A stretch of DNA of 54,987 bases, taken from positions 35,335,596-35,390,582 of the forward strand of contig NC_057719.1 in NCBI RefSeq assembly GCF_004010195.1, given 5' to 3'. This DNA is from Chiloscyllium plagiosum (lineage: Eukaryota). The notes under the pieces were generated by a model. The model had not been told where the DNA came from. It saw only the letters and a program-made list of their open reading frames with translations, and made no database searches. Within the stretch, counting starts at the first letter, position 1; the number at the start of each line of letters is the position of its first letter. This document shows positions 25,968 to 38,272 of this stretch, in pieces. Position numbers and translations under genes: made by a program.

Positions 25968-26905
25968 AGTGGATGTGGTCTATCTAGACTTTCAAAAGGC
26001 CTTTGATAAGGTGCCACATGGGAGGCTGCTGAGCAAGGTGAGGGCCCATGGTGTTCGAGGTGAGCTGCTGGGATGGATTGAGGATTGGCTGTCTAACAGA
26101 AGGCAGAGAGTTGGGATAAAAGGTTCTTTTTCAGAATGGCAGCCGGTGACGAGCGGTGCCCCGCAGGGTTCGGTGCTGGGGCCACAGCTGTCCGCATTAT
26201 ATATTAATGATTTGGATGAGGGAACCGGGGGCATTCTAGCAAAGTTTGCCGATGATACGAAGTTAGATGGACAGGCAGGTAGTACTGAGGAAGTGGGGAG
26301 GCTACAGAAGGATCTAGACAGGTGGGGAGAGTGGTCCAGGAAATGGCTGATGGAATTTAACGTGAGCAAGTGCGAGGTCTTGCACTTTGGCAAAAAGAAT
26401 AAAAGCACAGACTACTTTCTAAATGGTGAGAAAATTAATAAAGCCAAAGCACAAAGGGATCTGGGAGTGCGAGTCGTCTAACATATGAGGAACGGCTGAG
26501 GATACTGTGATTGTATTCGTTGGAGTTTAGAAGATTAAGGGGAGACTTAATAGAGACGTACAAAATAATATATGGCTTGGAAAAGGTGGATGCTAGGAAA
26601 TTGTTTCCGTTAAACGAGGAGACTAGGACCCGTGGACACAGCCTTAGAATTAGAGGGGGTCATTTCAGAACAGAAATGCAGAGACATTTCTTCAGCCAGA
26701 GAGTGGTGGGCCTGTGGAATTCATTGCCACGGAATGCAGCGTCTTCAAGGCCGAGATTGATAGATTCTTGTTGTCTAGAGGAATTAAGGGCTACGGGGAG
26801 AACGCTGGTAAGTGAGCTGAAATGCGCATCAGCCATGATTGAATGGCGGAGTGGACTCGATGGGCCGAATGGCCTTACTTCCACTCCTATGTCTTATGGT
26901 CTTAT
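25968..26905 (+). mobile_element. CR1 LINE RT and 3' end with internal deletion
   Basis: ORF 25969-26481 DVVYLDFQKAFDKVPH..PQGSVLGP..KFADDTK, ORF 26511 (FFSQRVVGLWNSLP), and a (tcttatgg) tail. Confidence 0.92.
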
Positions 26906-26909
26906 GGAA

Positions 26910-29900
26910 GGGGGCCTGATATACCTTCAGGAAGATTTTAGAGCTGCTGGGACGATTTAAACTAGTAAGGTGGGGGGGTGGGACCAGGGAGATAGTGAGG
27001 AAAGAGATCAATCTGAGACTTACAGTTGGGAAAAGGAGCAAGTCAAACAGTCAGGGCAGGCAGGAACAAAGCAGAGAACAAGGTAGGACTGATAAATTAA
27101 ACTGCATTTACTTCGATGCAAGAGGCCTAACAGAGAAGGCAGATGATCTCAGATCATGGTACTGGGAGATCATAGCAATTACAGAAACATGGCTCAGGGA
27201 TGGATAGGGCTAGCCCTCTTGCAAGGATGCTTAATATTCCAGGACAAATGCTAGAGGAAGGATAGAAAGTGGGGCGAGAGAAAGGAAGTGGCGTTTTGAT
27301 AAGGGATTGCATTACTGATGCACTTAGGGAGGATATACTTGGGCATATATCCAGTAAAGTTATTTGGGTGGAACTGAGAAATAAAAAAGAGATAATCACC
27401 TTATTGGGATTGTACCATATAGCTCTTAATAGTCAGCGGGAAGTGGAGAAACAAATTTGTAAGGAGATTTCAGTTATCTGTAAGAATAACAGGGTGATTA
27501 TGGTGGGGGATTTTAACTTTCCAAACATAGACTGGGACTGCCAGAGTGTTAAGGGTTTAGATAGAGAGGAATTTGTTAAGTGTGTACAAGAAAATTTTCT
27601 GATTCAGTATATGGATGTACTTACTACAGAAGGTGCAAAACTTGAGGAGAAAGTGAGGTCTGCAGATGCTGGAGATCAGAGCTGGAAATGTGTTGCTGGA
27701 AAAGCGCAGCAGGTCAGGCAGCATCCAGGGAACAGGAGAATCGACGTTTCGGGCATATGCCTTTCTTCAGGAATCACTGCAAAACTTGACCTACTCTTGG
27801 GAAATAAGGTGACTGAGGTGTCAGTGAGGGAGCACTTTGGCACCAGTGACCATAATTCTATTTGTTTTAAAATAGTGATGGAAAAGGATAGACCAGATCT
27901 AAAAGTTGAAGTTCTAAATTGGAGGAAGACTAATTTTGACAGTATTAGGCAAGAACGTTCAAAATCTGATTGGGGGCAGATGTTCACAGATAAAGGGACA
28001 GCTGGAAAATGGGAAGCCTTCAGAAATGAGATAACGAGAGTCCAGAGACAGTATGTTCCTGCTTGGGTGAAAGAAAAGGCTGGTAGGTGTAGGAAATACT
28101 GGATAACTCGAGGAATTGAGTTTTTGTTTCAGAAAAAGGAAGCACATGTCAGGTATAGACGGAGAGATCAATTGAATCCTTAGAAAGTATAAAGCAGTAG
28201 AAGTATATTTATGAGGAAAATCAGGAGGGCAAAAAAGGGGACATGAGATAGCTTTGGCAAATAGGGTTAAGAGGAATCCAAAGGGATTTTATAAATACAT
28301 TTAAGGACAAAGGGTAGCTAGGGAGAGAATAGGGCCCCTCAAAGATCAGCAAGGCAGCCTATGGGTGGAACCACAGGATACTAAACGAGTATTTTGCATC
28401 AGTGTTTACTGTGGACAAGGAAATGGAAAATATAGAAAGTGGGGAAATAGATGGTGACATCTTGAAAATGTCCATATTACAGGTGGTGGTGCAGGATGCC
28501 TTGAAATGCATAAAAGTGGATAAATCCCCAAGACCTGATCAGGTGTACCCTAGAACTCTGTGGGAACTGGGCAAGTGATTACTGGACCCCTTGCTGAGAT
28601 ATTTGTATCACCGAGAGTCACAGGTGAGGTGCCGGAAGACTGGAGGTTGGCCGACGTGGTGCCACTATTTTAAAAAGGTGGTAAGGAAAAGCCAGGGAAC
28701 TATAGATGGTGAGCCTGACATCAGTGATGGGCAAGTTGTTGGAGGGAATCATGAGGGACAGGCTATACATGTATTTGGAAAGGCAAGGACTGATTAGGGA
28801 TAGTCAGCATGGGGGACTTCGTGCATGAGAAATCATGTCTCATGAACTTGATTGACTTCTTTGAAGAAGTAACAAAGAGGATTGATGAGGGCAGAGCGGT
28901 AGACATGATCTATATGGACTTCAGTAAGATGTTCGACAAGGTTCCCCATGGGAGACTGGTTAGCAAGGTTAGATCTCATGGAATACAGGGAGAACTAGCC
29001 ATTTGGATACAGATCTGGCTCGAAGGTAGAAGATAGAGGGTGGTGGTGGTGGAGAATGAAAGCCTGTGACCAGTGGTGACCCACAAGGATTGGTGCTGGG
29101 TCCATTGCTTTTCACAAGTATATAAATAATTTGGATGTGAACATAAGAGGTATAGTTAGTAAGTTTGCAGATGACACCAAAATTGGAGGTGTAGTGGACA
29201 GCAAAGAGGGTTACCTCAGATTAGAACAGGATCTGGACCAGATGGACCAATAGGCTGAGAAGTGGCAGATGGAGTATTTTTCAGATAAATGCGAGGTGCT
29301 GCATTTTGGGAAAGCAAATCTTAGCAGGACTTATACACTTAATGGTAAGGTCCTAGGGAGTGTTGCTGAACAAAGAGACCTTGGAGTGCAGGTTCATAGC
29401 TCCTTGAAAGTGGAGTCGCAGGTCGATAGGATAGTGAGGGTGTTTGGTATGCTTTCCTTCATTGGTCAGAGTATTGACTACAGGAGTTGGGAGGTCACGT
29501 GTTGGCTGTACAGGACATTGGTTAGGCCATTGGTAGAATATTGCGTGTAATTCTGGTCTCCTTCCTATCAGAAAGGATGTTTTGAAACTTGAAAGGGTTC
29601 GGAAAAGATTTCCAAGGATGTTGCCAGGGTTGGAAGATTTGAGCTATAGGGAGAGGCTGAACAGGCTGGGGTTGTTTTCCCTGGAGCATCGGAGGCTGAG
29701 GGGTGACCTTATAGAGGTTTACAAAACTATGAGGGGCATGGATAGGGTAAATAGGCAAAGTCTTTTCCCTGGGGTCAGAAATTCCAGAACTAGAGGGCAT
29801 AGGTTTAGGGTGAGAGGGGAAAGATATAAAAGAGACCTATCGGGCAACATTTTCACACAGAGGATGGTACATGTATTGAATGAACTGCCAGAGGAAGTGG

Positions 29901-30080
29901 TGGAAGCTGGTACAATTGCAACATTTAAGAGGCATTTGGATGGGTATATGAATAGGAAGGGTTTGGAGGGATATGGGCCGGGTGCTGGCAGGTGGGACTA
30001 GATTGGGTTGGGATATCTGGTTGGCATGGACGGGTTGTACCAAAGGGTCTGTTGCCGTGCTGTACATCTCTATGACTCTA
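26910..30080 (+). mobile_element. Long CR1 (HER1-like) LINE: APE endonuclease, RT and 3' tail, frameshifted
   Basis: IIAITETWL, MVGDFNFPNIDW and SDHNSI (endonuclease). SCLMNLIDFFEEVTK..YMDFSK.FDKVPH and KFADDTKIGG (RT). Tail ctctatgactcta. Confidence 0.93.
27646..27777 (-). mobile_element. Solo 132-bp PLE family A unit with hammerhead motif (27739-27774), inserted in the CR1 endonuclease
   Basis: Perfect 12-bp TSD tgcaaaacttga at 27634-27645 and 27778-27789. Minus strand attc CTGAAGA aaggc atat gccc GAAA cg TC gatt. Confidence 0.85.
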
Positions 30081-31603
30081 TATTACACTTGATAATGTAA
30101 CTATATTGAATCTATACAAATAAACATTGTATTTCATTGATATAGCTCACAGCTGGACAACAAGTAAAATATTGGTGATTCACAACAAAAAGTTACATTT
30201 CCATGTTGTTCTGCGTTGACATTAAAGCCAAGATATTGCACGTCAGCCTCAAATAGTCAATGTTTTGTACAGTCATTCCATTCTCAAGATAAATTGAAAA
30301 CTGATCTGAGCCACATACTTCATTATTTGTGGCTATACAGAAACAGCAAGCACCATTATAAAATTCAATAGAAACTGAAGATACTGGAAATACTCCGGTT
30401 GGGGGAAAAAAGACCAATTTCTGAATCAGAAAAAGAAAAAAGTTAGAAAAGCTTGACAGCAAGTATAGACACAGGCAGAGGAACAACAATCACAACATTA
30501 TTCCGAGATATGAATCCAAGCAGTGGAGAGTTTTTCTCAATTCCTCTTCAAGCACACAGTCAGTGAAATGCTGCATTGATGTCAAGGGCAATCACTCCTA
30601 TTATGCCTCTTGCGTTCAGTTCTTCAACTCTGATGAAGTTGAGACAATGTCTGAAGCTATGTGGTCTTGTTGAAAGCCAAAAAGAACAACAATGAGCATG
30701 TTATGGTGATCGAGTGCTACTTGATCACACTATTGACAACCCCTTCAATCACTTCACTGGTGATTGAGGAGATGACATCAGAACAGCAAATACAGCATAA
30801 CAAATTGAAGGTACCGGTAAATTACTGTTCTACCTAGGAGGAATGCTTGGGCCATCAATACTGGGATGAAAAGAAGGGTAGGTTTTATATTTCCATGCAG
30901 AGGAATGACACTGGGTGAAAGTCAGGAGTTAAATGAAGAGTGGACTGAGTTTCATTACAGGAACACTCCCTTTGGAATGCTGACTAGCAAAAGAAAGGAA
31001 AAGACTGTTTGGTGGTGGCATTAAGGTAGCAGAAAATTTCCAAATAACTGAGAAGGTTGAGCTTGGAAAGTGAAGGGATAGGAGAGAAGAGCAGAAATTA
31101 GATGAATGTGGTCAAAGGGAATACTTGTTTAAGCAAAAATGACAAAATTGGCAAAGTAATGCAATGGAAAATACTGTTATCTGAAAAAAGCATGTGTTAT
31201 TAAAATGCAAACCGTTGGCTGCAGACGAACTTCCATTCATCTCATTTTTAAGGTCATGGACATTTGAAATACAGAAAACATTAGTTGTACAATCTGTTTA
31301 AGCAATGTTAAATATCTCAACTTCAAAACACAGGTAATATTTCCATATAGTAATTGCCACAGGATGCATTTATGTTTGGCGTTTTACATAAAGACATAGT
31401 TGGTATGGTTCTTTTTCATGTTCAAGAATCCCAGCAAATGCAATTGAATAATGTCCAGCCAGCAGCAAAATCACTAATAAATTAATCAGTTTGCTGCTTG
31501 CTGTAACCAGTGCTAATTTTTTGTACGTAATAGTGTGGATATAATTCCATCCAACTGTAGCCTGCCATATATCAGCAAAATACATACCTAGTAGTGAGCC
31601 TGC

Positions 31604-31701
31604 TCTATTCCTGATGAAGGGCTTTTGCCCGAAACGTCAATTTTCCTGCTCCTCGGATGCTGCCTGAACTGCTGCGCTTTTCCAGCACCACTCTAATCTA
31701 C
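31604..31701 (+). mobile_element. Solo PLE family A unit with hammerhead motif (31607-31642)
   Basis: attc CTGATGA a gggc tttt gccc GAAA cg TC aatt. Flanking agcctgc repeats at 31597-31603 and 31702-31708. Confidence 0.8.
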
Positions 31702-31839
31702 AGCCTGCAATTATAGCTGATTCAAAATATCAGACAGATGCACAATTGGTCGAATTAATACTGCAGTTAATCAGAACTCTTACATAGTAACTTAAAACAT
31801 TGGATCAAATTATCGCAAAATGAAATATTTACTTGTCTT

Positions 31840-33860
31840 AATTTCATTCAGAGGACATGGGGTGCATCAATTCGATCAGCCTTTATGACCCATCCTTAAT
31901 TGCCCTGGAGAAGATATGATGAGTTGCCCTCTTAAATCACTGCAGTGCATTTGATGTCGGCCTACCCAAAATGTTATTAGGTAAGGTGTTCCAGGAGTTT
32001 GAACAGTAATAATGAAGGAACAGTGATACAGTTCCAAGTTGAGGATGCTGGGTGGTTTGGAGAGAACATGCAAGTGGTGATTTTCCAAGGATCTGCTGCC
32101 CTTGTCCTTCTAGGTAGTAAAGGTTGTGGGTTTGGAGAGTGCTGTCTAAGGAACCTTACCACTCAGTTGTTGCAGACGATTCTGCAGTAAGAAACACACT
32201 GTTGTCACTGTTCATTGGTGATTGACGGAGTGAATGTTCAATGCGATGGATAGGGATACATGTGAGTTGCTTTGTCCTTGGTATCATCAAACTTCTTGAG
32301 TGTTGCTGGAGCTGTACTCTCCAATTGCCTGGATGAGTATTTCATTACTCTCCTCACTTGTGCCTTGTGGATGGTGGACAGGTTTTGAGCAGTCAGTCAA
32401 TCAGGTAGAACTCCCAGCTGCTGACCTGCTCTTGTTAAAGATGGTTATTGCATAGCATGTTGCTTGCCACTCATCAGCCCAAGCATGCAAGTGTCCTGGT
32501 CTTGCCGCATTTAAATACGAAGTGTCTCAATACTACGGAGTTGCAAGAGGTGGGGAACATACTGTAATTGTCAGGAAGTGCCCCCACTTCTGACCTTGTG
32601 AGGAAAGATCATGATGAACAATTAGATAAAAATGTAGTCACATACATTATACAAATAAAGATGCAAACATCAATAAAATTGCAGAGTGGAAGCATTAAAA
32701 AGGTAAATTAAATTAAACATCCACAAATATGATAGTGTATTTTGGTAGAAAGAATTAGAGGTCACCTACTTCTTGGAAAAGACTTAAAAGTGGTAGAGCA
32801 GAAATGGGGTCCAAATGCACTAGGAGTACTGTTCACTGCTCTGGTATCCTAATCACAAAAAAAACTTCAGAGAGACATGAAAACATGTTTAAAACATTAC
32901 AAAGGATGATCACATAACTGAAGATTATAACAGAGGAAAAATGAACATACAGAGGGTTCTTTTCTCTGGAACAGAGAAGGCTGATGGGTTTACTGAATAC
33001 ATCTATACTTTTTAAAAAATCACTCATGGGACCTGGGCTTCGCTGGCTGGTCAACATTTATTGCACATTCTTCTTGAACTGCTACAGTCCATACATTGTA
33101 GATGGGCCCACAATGCCATTAAGGAGGGCATTCCAAGATTTTAATCCAGTGACAGTGAAAAAATGGCAATATATTTCCAAGTTAGGATAATGGGTGACTT
33201 GGAGAAGAACTTGCAGGCTTTCTTTTCTATCTGCTGCCCTTGTGCTTCTAGTTGCAAGTGATGTTGATTTGGAAGGTGCTATCGCAGGATCTTTGGTGAA
33301 TTTCTGCAGAGTATTTTGTAGATCATATGCATGACTGCTCCTTGGCATTAATGGTGGAAGGAGTGGACGTTTGTAGATGTACTGCCAAATCAAGTAGGCT
33401 ACTTTGTCCTGGACAGCGTTAAGCTTCTTGAGTGTTGGTGGAGCTGCACTCATCCAGGCGGCTTGAGTGTCCCATCACACGCTCGACTTGCCTCTTTTCA
33501 ATGGCAGACAGTCTCTGGCGAGCCAGGTGGTGACAAGTTACTCACTGCAGTATTCCTAGCTTCTGACCTGCTCTTCTACCCACTGCATCTATATGGCAAG
33601 TTTGGTTGAGTTTCTGATCAATGGTAACCTTCAGGATGTCGATAGTGGGGGATTCAGTGATGACAACACCATTGAATGTTATGTGACTGTGGTGGGGAGT
33701 CCCTTATTGGAGACAGTCATCACTGGGCATTTGTGCGACGAGTCCAGTTTAGTTTCTGATCAATGGTAACCCCTAGGATGTCGGTAGTGGGAGATTCAGT
33801 GATGACAACACCATTGAATGTTACGGGACTGTGGTTGAGAGTGCCTTGTTAGATACAGTC
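31840..33860 (-). mobile_element. Two CR1/L2-group LINE 3' fragments (31840-32620, 33020-33860) with a CR1 piece between them; ~150-bp tandem duplication at 33598-33860
   Basis: ORF MSAAPPTLKKLNAVQDKVA. Repeated gtttctgatcaatggtaacc...gattcagtgatgacaacaccattgaatgtt. Confidence 0.75.
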
Positions 33861-34766
33861 AGCTTCATCTCGCTATACACTTTCTGTCAGTGTTTAAATA
33901 AGAAAGATGTTAATCCTATATGCACATTGTCAGTATAGCAAGAATTAAGCTGCTGACTGGCATTAATTTACAAATTACATATAAAAAGGGAACAGGTGAT
34001 GAGCTACATATGCGATGAGCAGTACAATAGAGTAGTAGGAATGGGTTCAAAACACAACAGCTCCAGAGGTGTGTTATAACATTTTTCAACAGGTTCATTA
34101 GGAAATATTTACACTGGAGTTCTCAATTAAGCCTATCCAAAGGAAAGAGTGTCTGGAGTTCTATTTCACCAACAGGAATAGACCTAAAATGACATATATA
34201 GCTCAGCTTGCTGGCATCCAAATGCTACAGAAATTGGAGTATACAGTCCTTTTCAACAGTTTGAAAACTTGCAAAATTGCACAATGTTGCATAATAAAGA
34301 TTGTTAATAGTCAGGTTTCAGGAGGGCAGGACCATAGTTTGATTTGCTGGCTAAAGGTTGCCACTGCCAACCAAGCTGCTGTCCCTCAATATTGCACTAG
34401 AGGATTTACCAACTGTGTGCCCCAGTCCAACTGTCAGGAGAATCAGAAGTTTGCTTCACTTCAGTTGTAACCATATTCTACTAAATCTAGTTTTTAAAAA
34501 AAAACTTATCTATTGCCAGAGTACAAAGCTAGCTGTTCAAAACAAAATCTTTCACAGAAGACGGGGCAATGCCTTTGGTACCCATCCTCAGTTGCCCTTG
34601 AACTGTATGGTTTAGTGGCTTGCTAGACTGTTTCAGTGGGCAACAAAGAGTCAGCCACAGCATTAGCCAAGGCCTCTGAATTATTAATGCAATGAGATTA
34701 ACACTTAGCCACTGCCTTCAACTTCAAAACAGGAGACTGATGTTCTAAAGTCAAACTTCAGAAATG

Positions 34767-34880
34767 ACAACCACCTGATGAAGGAGCAGCTAGTGATTTC
34801 AAATAAACCTGATGGACTATAACCTGGTGTTGTGTGATTTTTAACTTTGTACACCCCAGTCCAACACCAGCATCTCCAAA
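34767..34880 (+). mobile_element. Solo PLE family B unit, hammerhead partly deleted
   Basis: ccac CTGATGA aggagc agctagtg (stem II 3' arm and GAA lost). Perfect TSD ttcagaaatg at 34757-34766 and 34881-34890. Confidence 0.8.
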
Positions 34881-36258
34881 TTCAGAAATGCCATGTTTCT
34901 TGTAGATATTAGATATGTAGCAGCATAGCTTTCATATGTATCTGCAAAAGTAATGATCATATTTGTATTTGTTGGTATGCCATACTTAACTGTGTAACTA
35001 ATATTTATACCAACTGCAGAGGTTTGAAAATTTAATGATTTAGCACCTTTCTTCTTGTATAACTGTTCAAAATTAAACTGATAGAAAGCAGAAGAGGAGG
35101 CTGCTGCGTACTATCAGAGCCCTGAGGGAATATATTTTGTTAGGTTATTATAAGGCACTATTAAATAAATTTCACTTTATATTCAGCTTATATTGAGACA
35201 GGTACACAAATGCTTTACATCATACTAACTGCCTCAGTCTAAAAAAGCTCAATTTTCCAGCATTAAATTGTCACACCTTAAATGACTTTCTTATTAAAAT
35301 ATCTTATCTGTAACTCTCTCATAGAATGCAAAAATAGTATACAGTATTCTCTAGCAGTTACTAAGGGAGCAGTCTAATTAAGAGAATTAAACAGCATCAT
35401 AAAACAAGGCAAAAGTTCAAGATGATGGTAAGTCATTTGAACAAAGGCCAAACTCAAGATCAGTAAATGCAAATACATACAGCTGGTATCTGAAACCGAC
35501 TTTTACAAATGTCTAGCTGGAGATTTTAACAAAGGTATTATTCTACAAAACATTAAGTGCCAAATGCCAACGTTTTCCAGTTATTGTTGACTGAGAGATA
35601 TGCTGTCAAACCTTTTCAACATGCACCCAATAGTTCAGATGCAAGAATACCAAATTTCCAAGGGAGAAAACATTTGTACTGCATGAAAAGGGAATGCTCA
35701 TTATTCACCAAGTCAAATCTGTGGAGAAATTGGCACGAGAATGTAACAGGAAACTATTGTTCACCATGCTTTGGTTTAATTTTTAAGACGACACAACACC
35801 AGAACATATTCCTTCTGTTTGAAGAGGCAGCAACCTGATTATGAAAATATGTAAGCTCTAGAAAGTCTTGGTGAACTACAATATAAGCCCAACTGAAAAT
35901 CTTAAAATTGCCCGTTAGCACAGTTTTCAGCACACTCTGGATTGTGCAACAAGTGCTCTCTAATTGCCGAAAAACTCTAACATTAGTCTTATGTTCGAAC
36001 ATAAGAAACAGGGACAGGAGTAGGCTATTCGGCCCTTCAAGCCAGCTCACTATTCACAGCTGGTTCAACATTCCTCGTGTTCGCTTTCCTGTCATTTGCC
36101 CATTATCACTGGCTCCCTACTGATCAAGAAGTTCAGTCTTAAACATACACAAGTACTCTGCCCTCACAACTCTGTGACAAAGTGTTCCAAAGATTTTACC
36201 ATTCGATAGAGGAGAATGAGTGAGGAATGAGAGTCCTAATGACTATCTCCAGTGAGAG

Positions 36259-36444
36259 GTCAGGCAGCATCCAGGGAACAGGAGATTCGACGTTTCGGGC
36301 ACAGGCCCTTCTTCAGGAATGGCCTGAAGGGCCTGTGCCCGAAACGTCGAATCTCCTGTTCCCTGGATGCTGCCTGACCTGCTGTGCTGTTCCAGCAATA
36401 AAGTTTCAACTTTGATCTCCAGCATCTGCAGACCTCACTTTCTC
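36259..36444. mobile_element. Very young PLE family A fold-back doublet with 16-bp TSD
   Basis: TSD ctatctccagtgagag at 36243-36258 and 36445-36460. Perfect 55-bp stem between 36257-36311 and 36326-36380. Confidence 0.88.
36285..36320 (-). ncRNA. Minimal type-I hammerhead ribozyme motif, best-preserved copy
   Basis: ATTC CTGAAGA a GGGC ctgt GCCC GAAA cg TC GAAT. Perfect 4-bp stem I, 4-bp stem II, ACGT palindrome and GUC cleavage triplet. Confidence 0.8.
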
Positions 36445-38272
36445 CTATCTCCAGTGAGAGACAATCCAGCCACAGCGCCAGTGAGAGACTATCTAGCCAC
36501 AGTGCCACTGAATATCAAGGGGTGATCATCAATATCCTGGAGGTTGCCACTGACCAGATAAGACAATCTCGCCATACTGGAGATCTCTGAACTGACTCCA
36601 AAGAAATAACATCTTTCCTTCAATAATGCGATAGAAACTGCTCCCAGTACTCAAGATCTCAAAAGTACCTTGTATTCCTACACTCCAACCTCTTTAAAAT
36701 AAACAGACGATATTAGCCTTCCAGATTACCTGCTGCACCGGTGTGCTAGCTTTCTGTGATTAATGCACAATTACCCCCAAGTCCCCTCTGTGTTGCAACC
36801 TTCATCCATTTTTCCCCATTTAAATAATACTCTACTTTTGTTCTCCCTTCAAATATGAACAATTTCACATTATCCTTCATTCACCAACTTTTTGCCCACT
36901 CATTTAATCTATCAACATCTCTCTATAAACTGTTTGTACCAATTTCATAATTTGCCTTTCCACCTATTTTTTGTGTCGTCCACAAATCTGGCTACATACA
37001 TTTGCTTCCATCCTCCAAGTCACTAATATATATATAATGTAAACAGGTGCAATCCCAGCAATAATTTCAATGGAAATCCCCACTGATTATAAGTTGCCAG
37101 CTTGAGAAATAACCCCTCTATCCCCACTTACTGTTTCCTAGTCATTATCCAATTCTCTACCCACAACAGTACTCCTGGGGAAAACATAGACTTTACTCTG
37201 AAGACTTAACATTTTGTGAGCTATTGTGACAAATACCTTTTGGAAGTCCAAATACAAGTCCAACACCAGTACTGGTTCCCGTCTATCCACTCTTGTTGAA
37301 ACTTCCTCGAAAAGCTAACAAATTAGTCAGACATGGTTTTCCTTTCATGAAGGCACGCTGACTCTACTTGATTAGATTATGATTTTCCAAATGTGCTGCC
37401 AAATGTTTTAAGTTTTACGAATACAAGTATGGTTAGTACACTGCTGATTGAAAATATCCAAAGGTTCGTTGATTCAATCCACCATTTATTGGAACATCAA
37501 CCTAATGATTTACTTGGCATTGTATCGGCAATAGAAACATCTAAATCAAATTAATCACATATGTGGTAGTCTTGAAAGTGAAGTCCTATTAGTGCAAAAT
37601 AAAATTGTATTCTTACTGTATAATAGGAGCAGCACGAAATAGCTAAGACCATAAAGTATAAGAATAGAATTAGGCTATTCCACAAATTAAGTTTGCTTTA
37701 CCACTAGATCATGGGTAATATGTTTCTCAACCCCATTCTCCTGCCTTCTCCCTGTAACTCTAGATTCCCTCACCAAGCAAGAACCTATCTTTGTCTTAAA
37801 TGCACTCAATGACTTGGCCTCCACAGTCTTCTGTGGCAACGAGTTTCACAGATTAACTACCCTCTGGCTGAAGAAACATCGCCTCATCTCAATTTTAAAG
37901 CATGATACCTTCACTCTGATGCTGTGCGTTTGGATTCTAGTCTCTCGTACTATTGGAAACATCTTCTCTACCTCCACGCTTTCATCTCACTATTCTGTAA
38001 ACTTCAATCAGAATGCCCCCATCCTCCTAAATTCCTTCGAATACTGACCCAAATTTTCAACCGCCTCTCATATAACAAGCCCTTCATATCCATGATCATT
38101 CATGTAAACCTCCTCTGGATGCCCTCCAATGCTGGCACACCATTCCATCAATACAAGGCCCAAAACTCTCAATATTCCCAAACGCGATCTGACAAAAGCC
38201 TTACACAGCCTTAACTGTAAGTTTCTGTTCTTTTATTCTAGCCCTTTCGAAAAGAATGCTAACATTGCATTT

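Larger units (their letters stand above)
36000..38270 (-). mobile_element. Decayed CR1 fragments (36000-37395 and 37645-38270)
   Basis: CR1 3' UTR tails (aacataagaa..; agaccataa..) and an LDFQKVFVT-like RT motif at about 37225-37255. Confidence 0.7.

Noticed and set aside
27269..28183. 304-aa ORF as a host gene
   Set aside because: It is a CR1 APE endonuclease fragment with a nested insertion, in an element full of stops and frameshifts.
36445..36510. CRISPR-like or functional short repeat (ccagtgagagac.atc.agccacag.g, ~27 bp)
   Set aside because: Only about 2.5 head-to-tail copies with no spacers, in eukaryotic DNA. It is a simple minisatellite.
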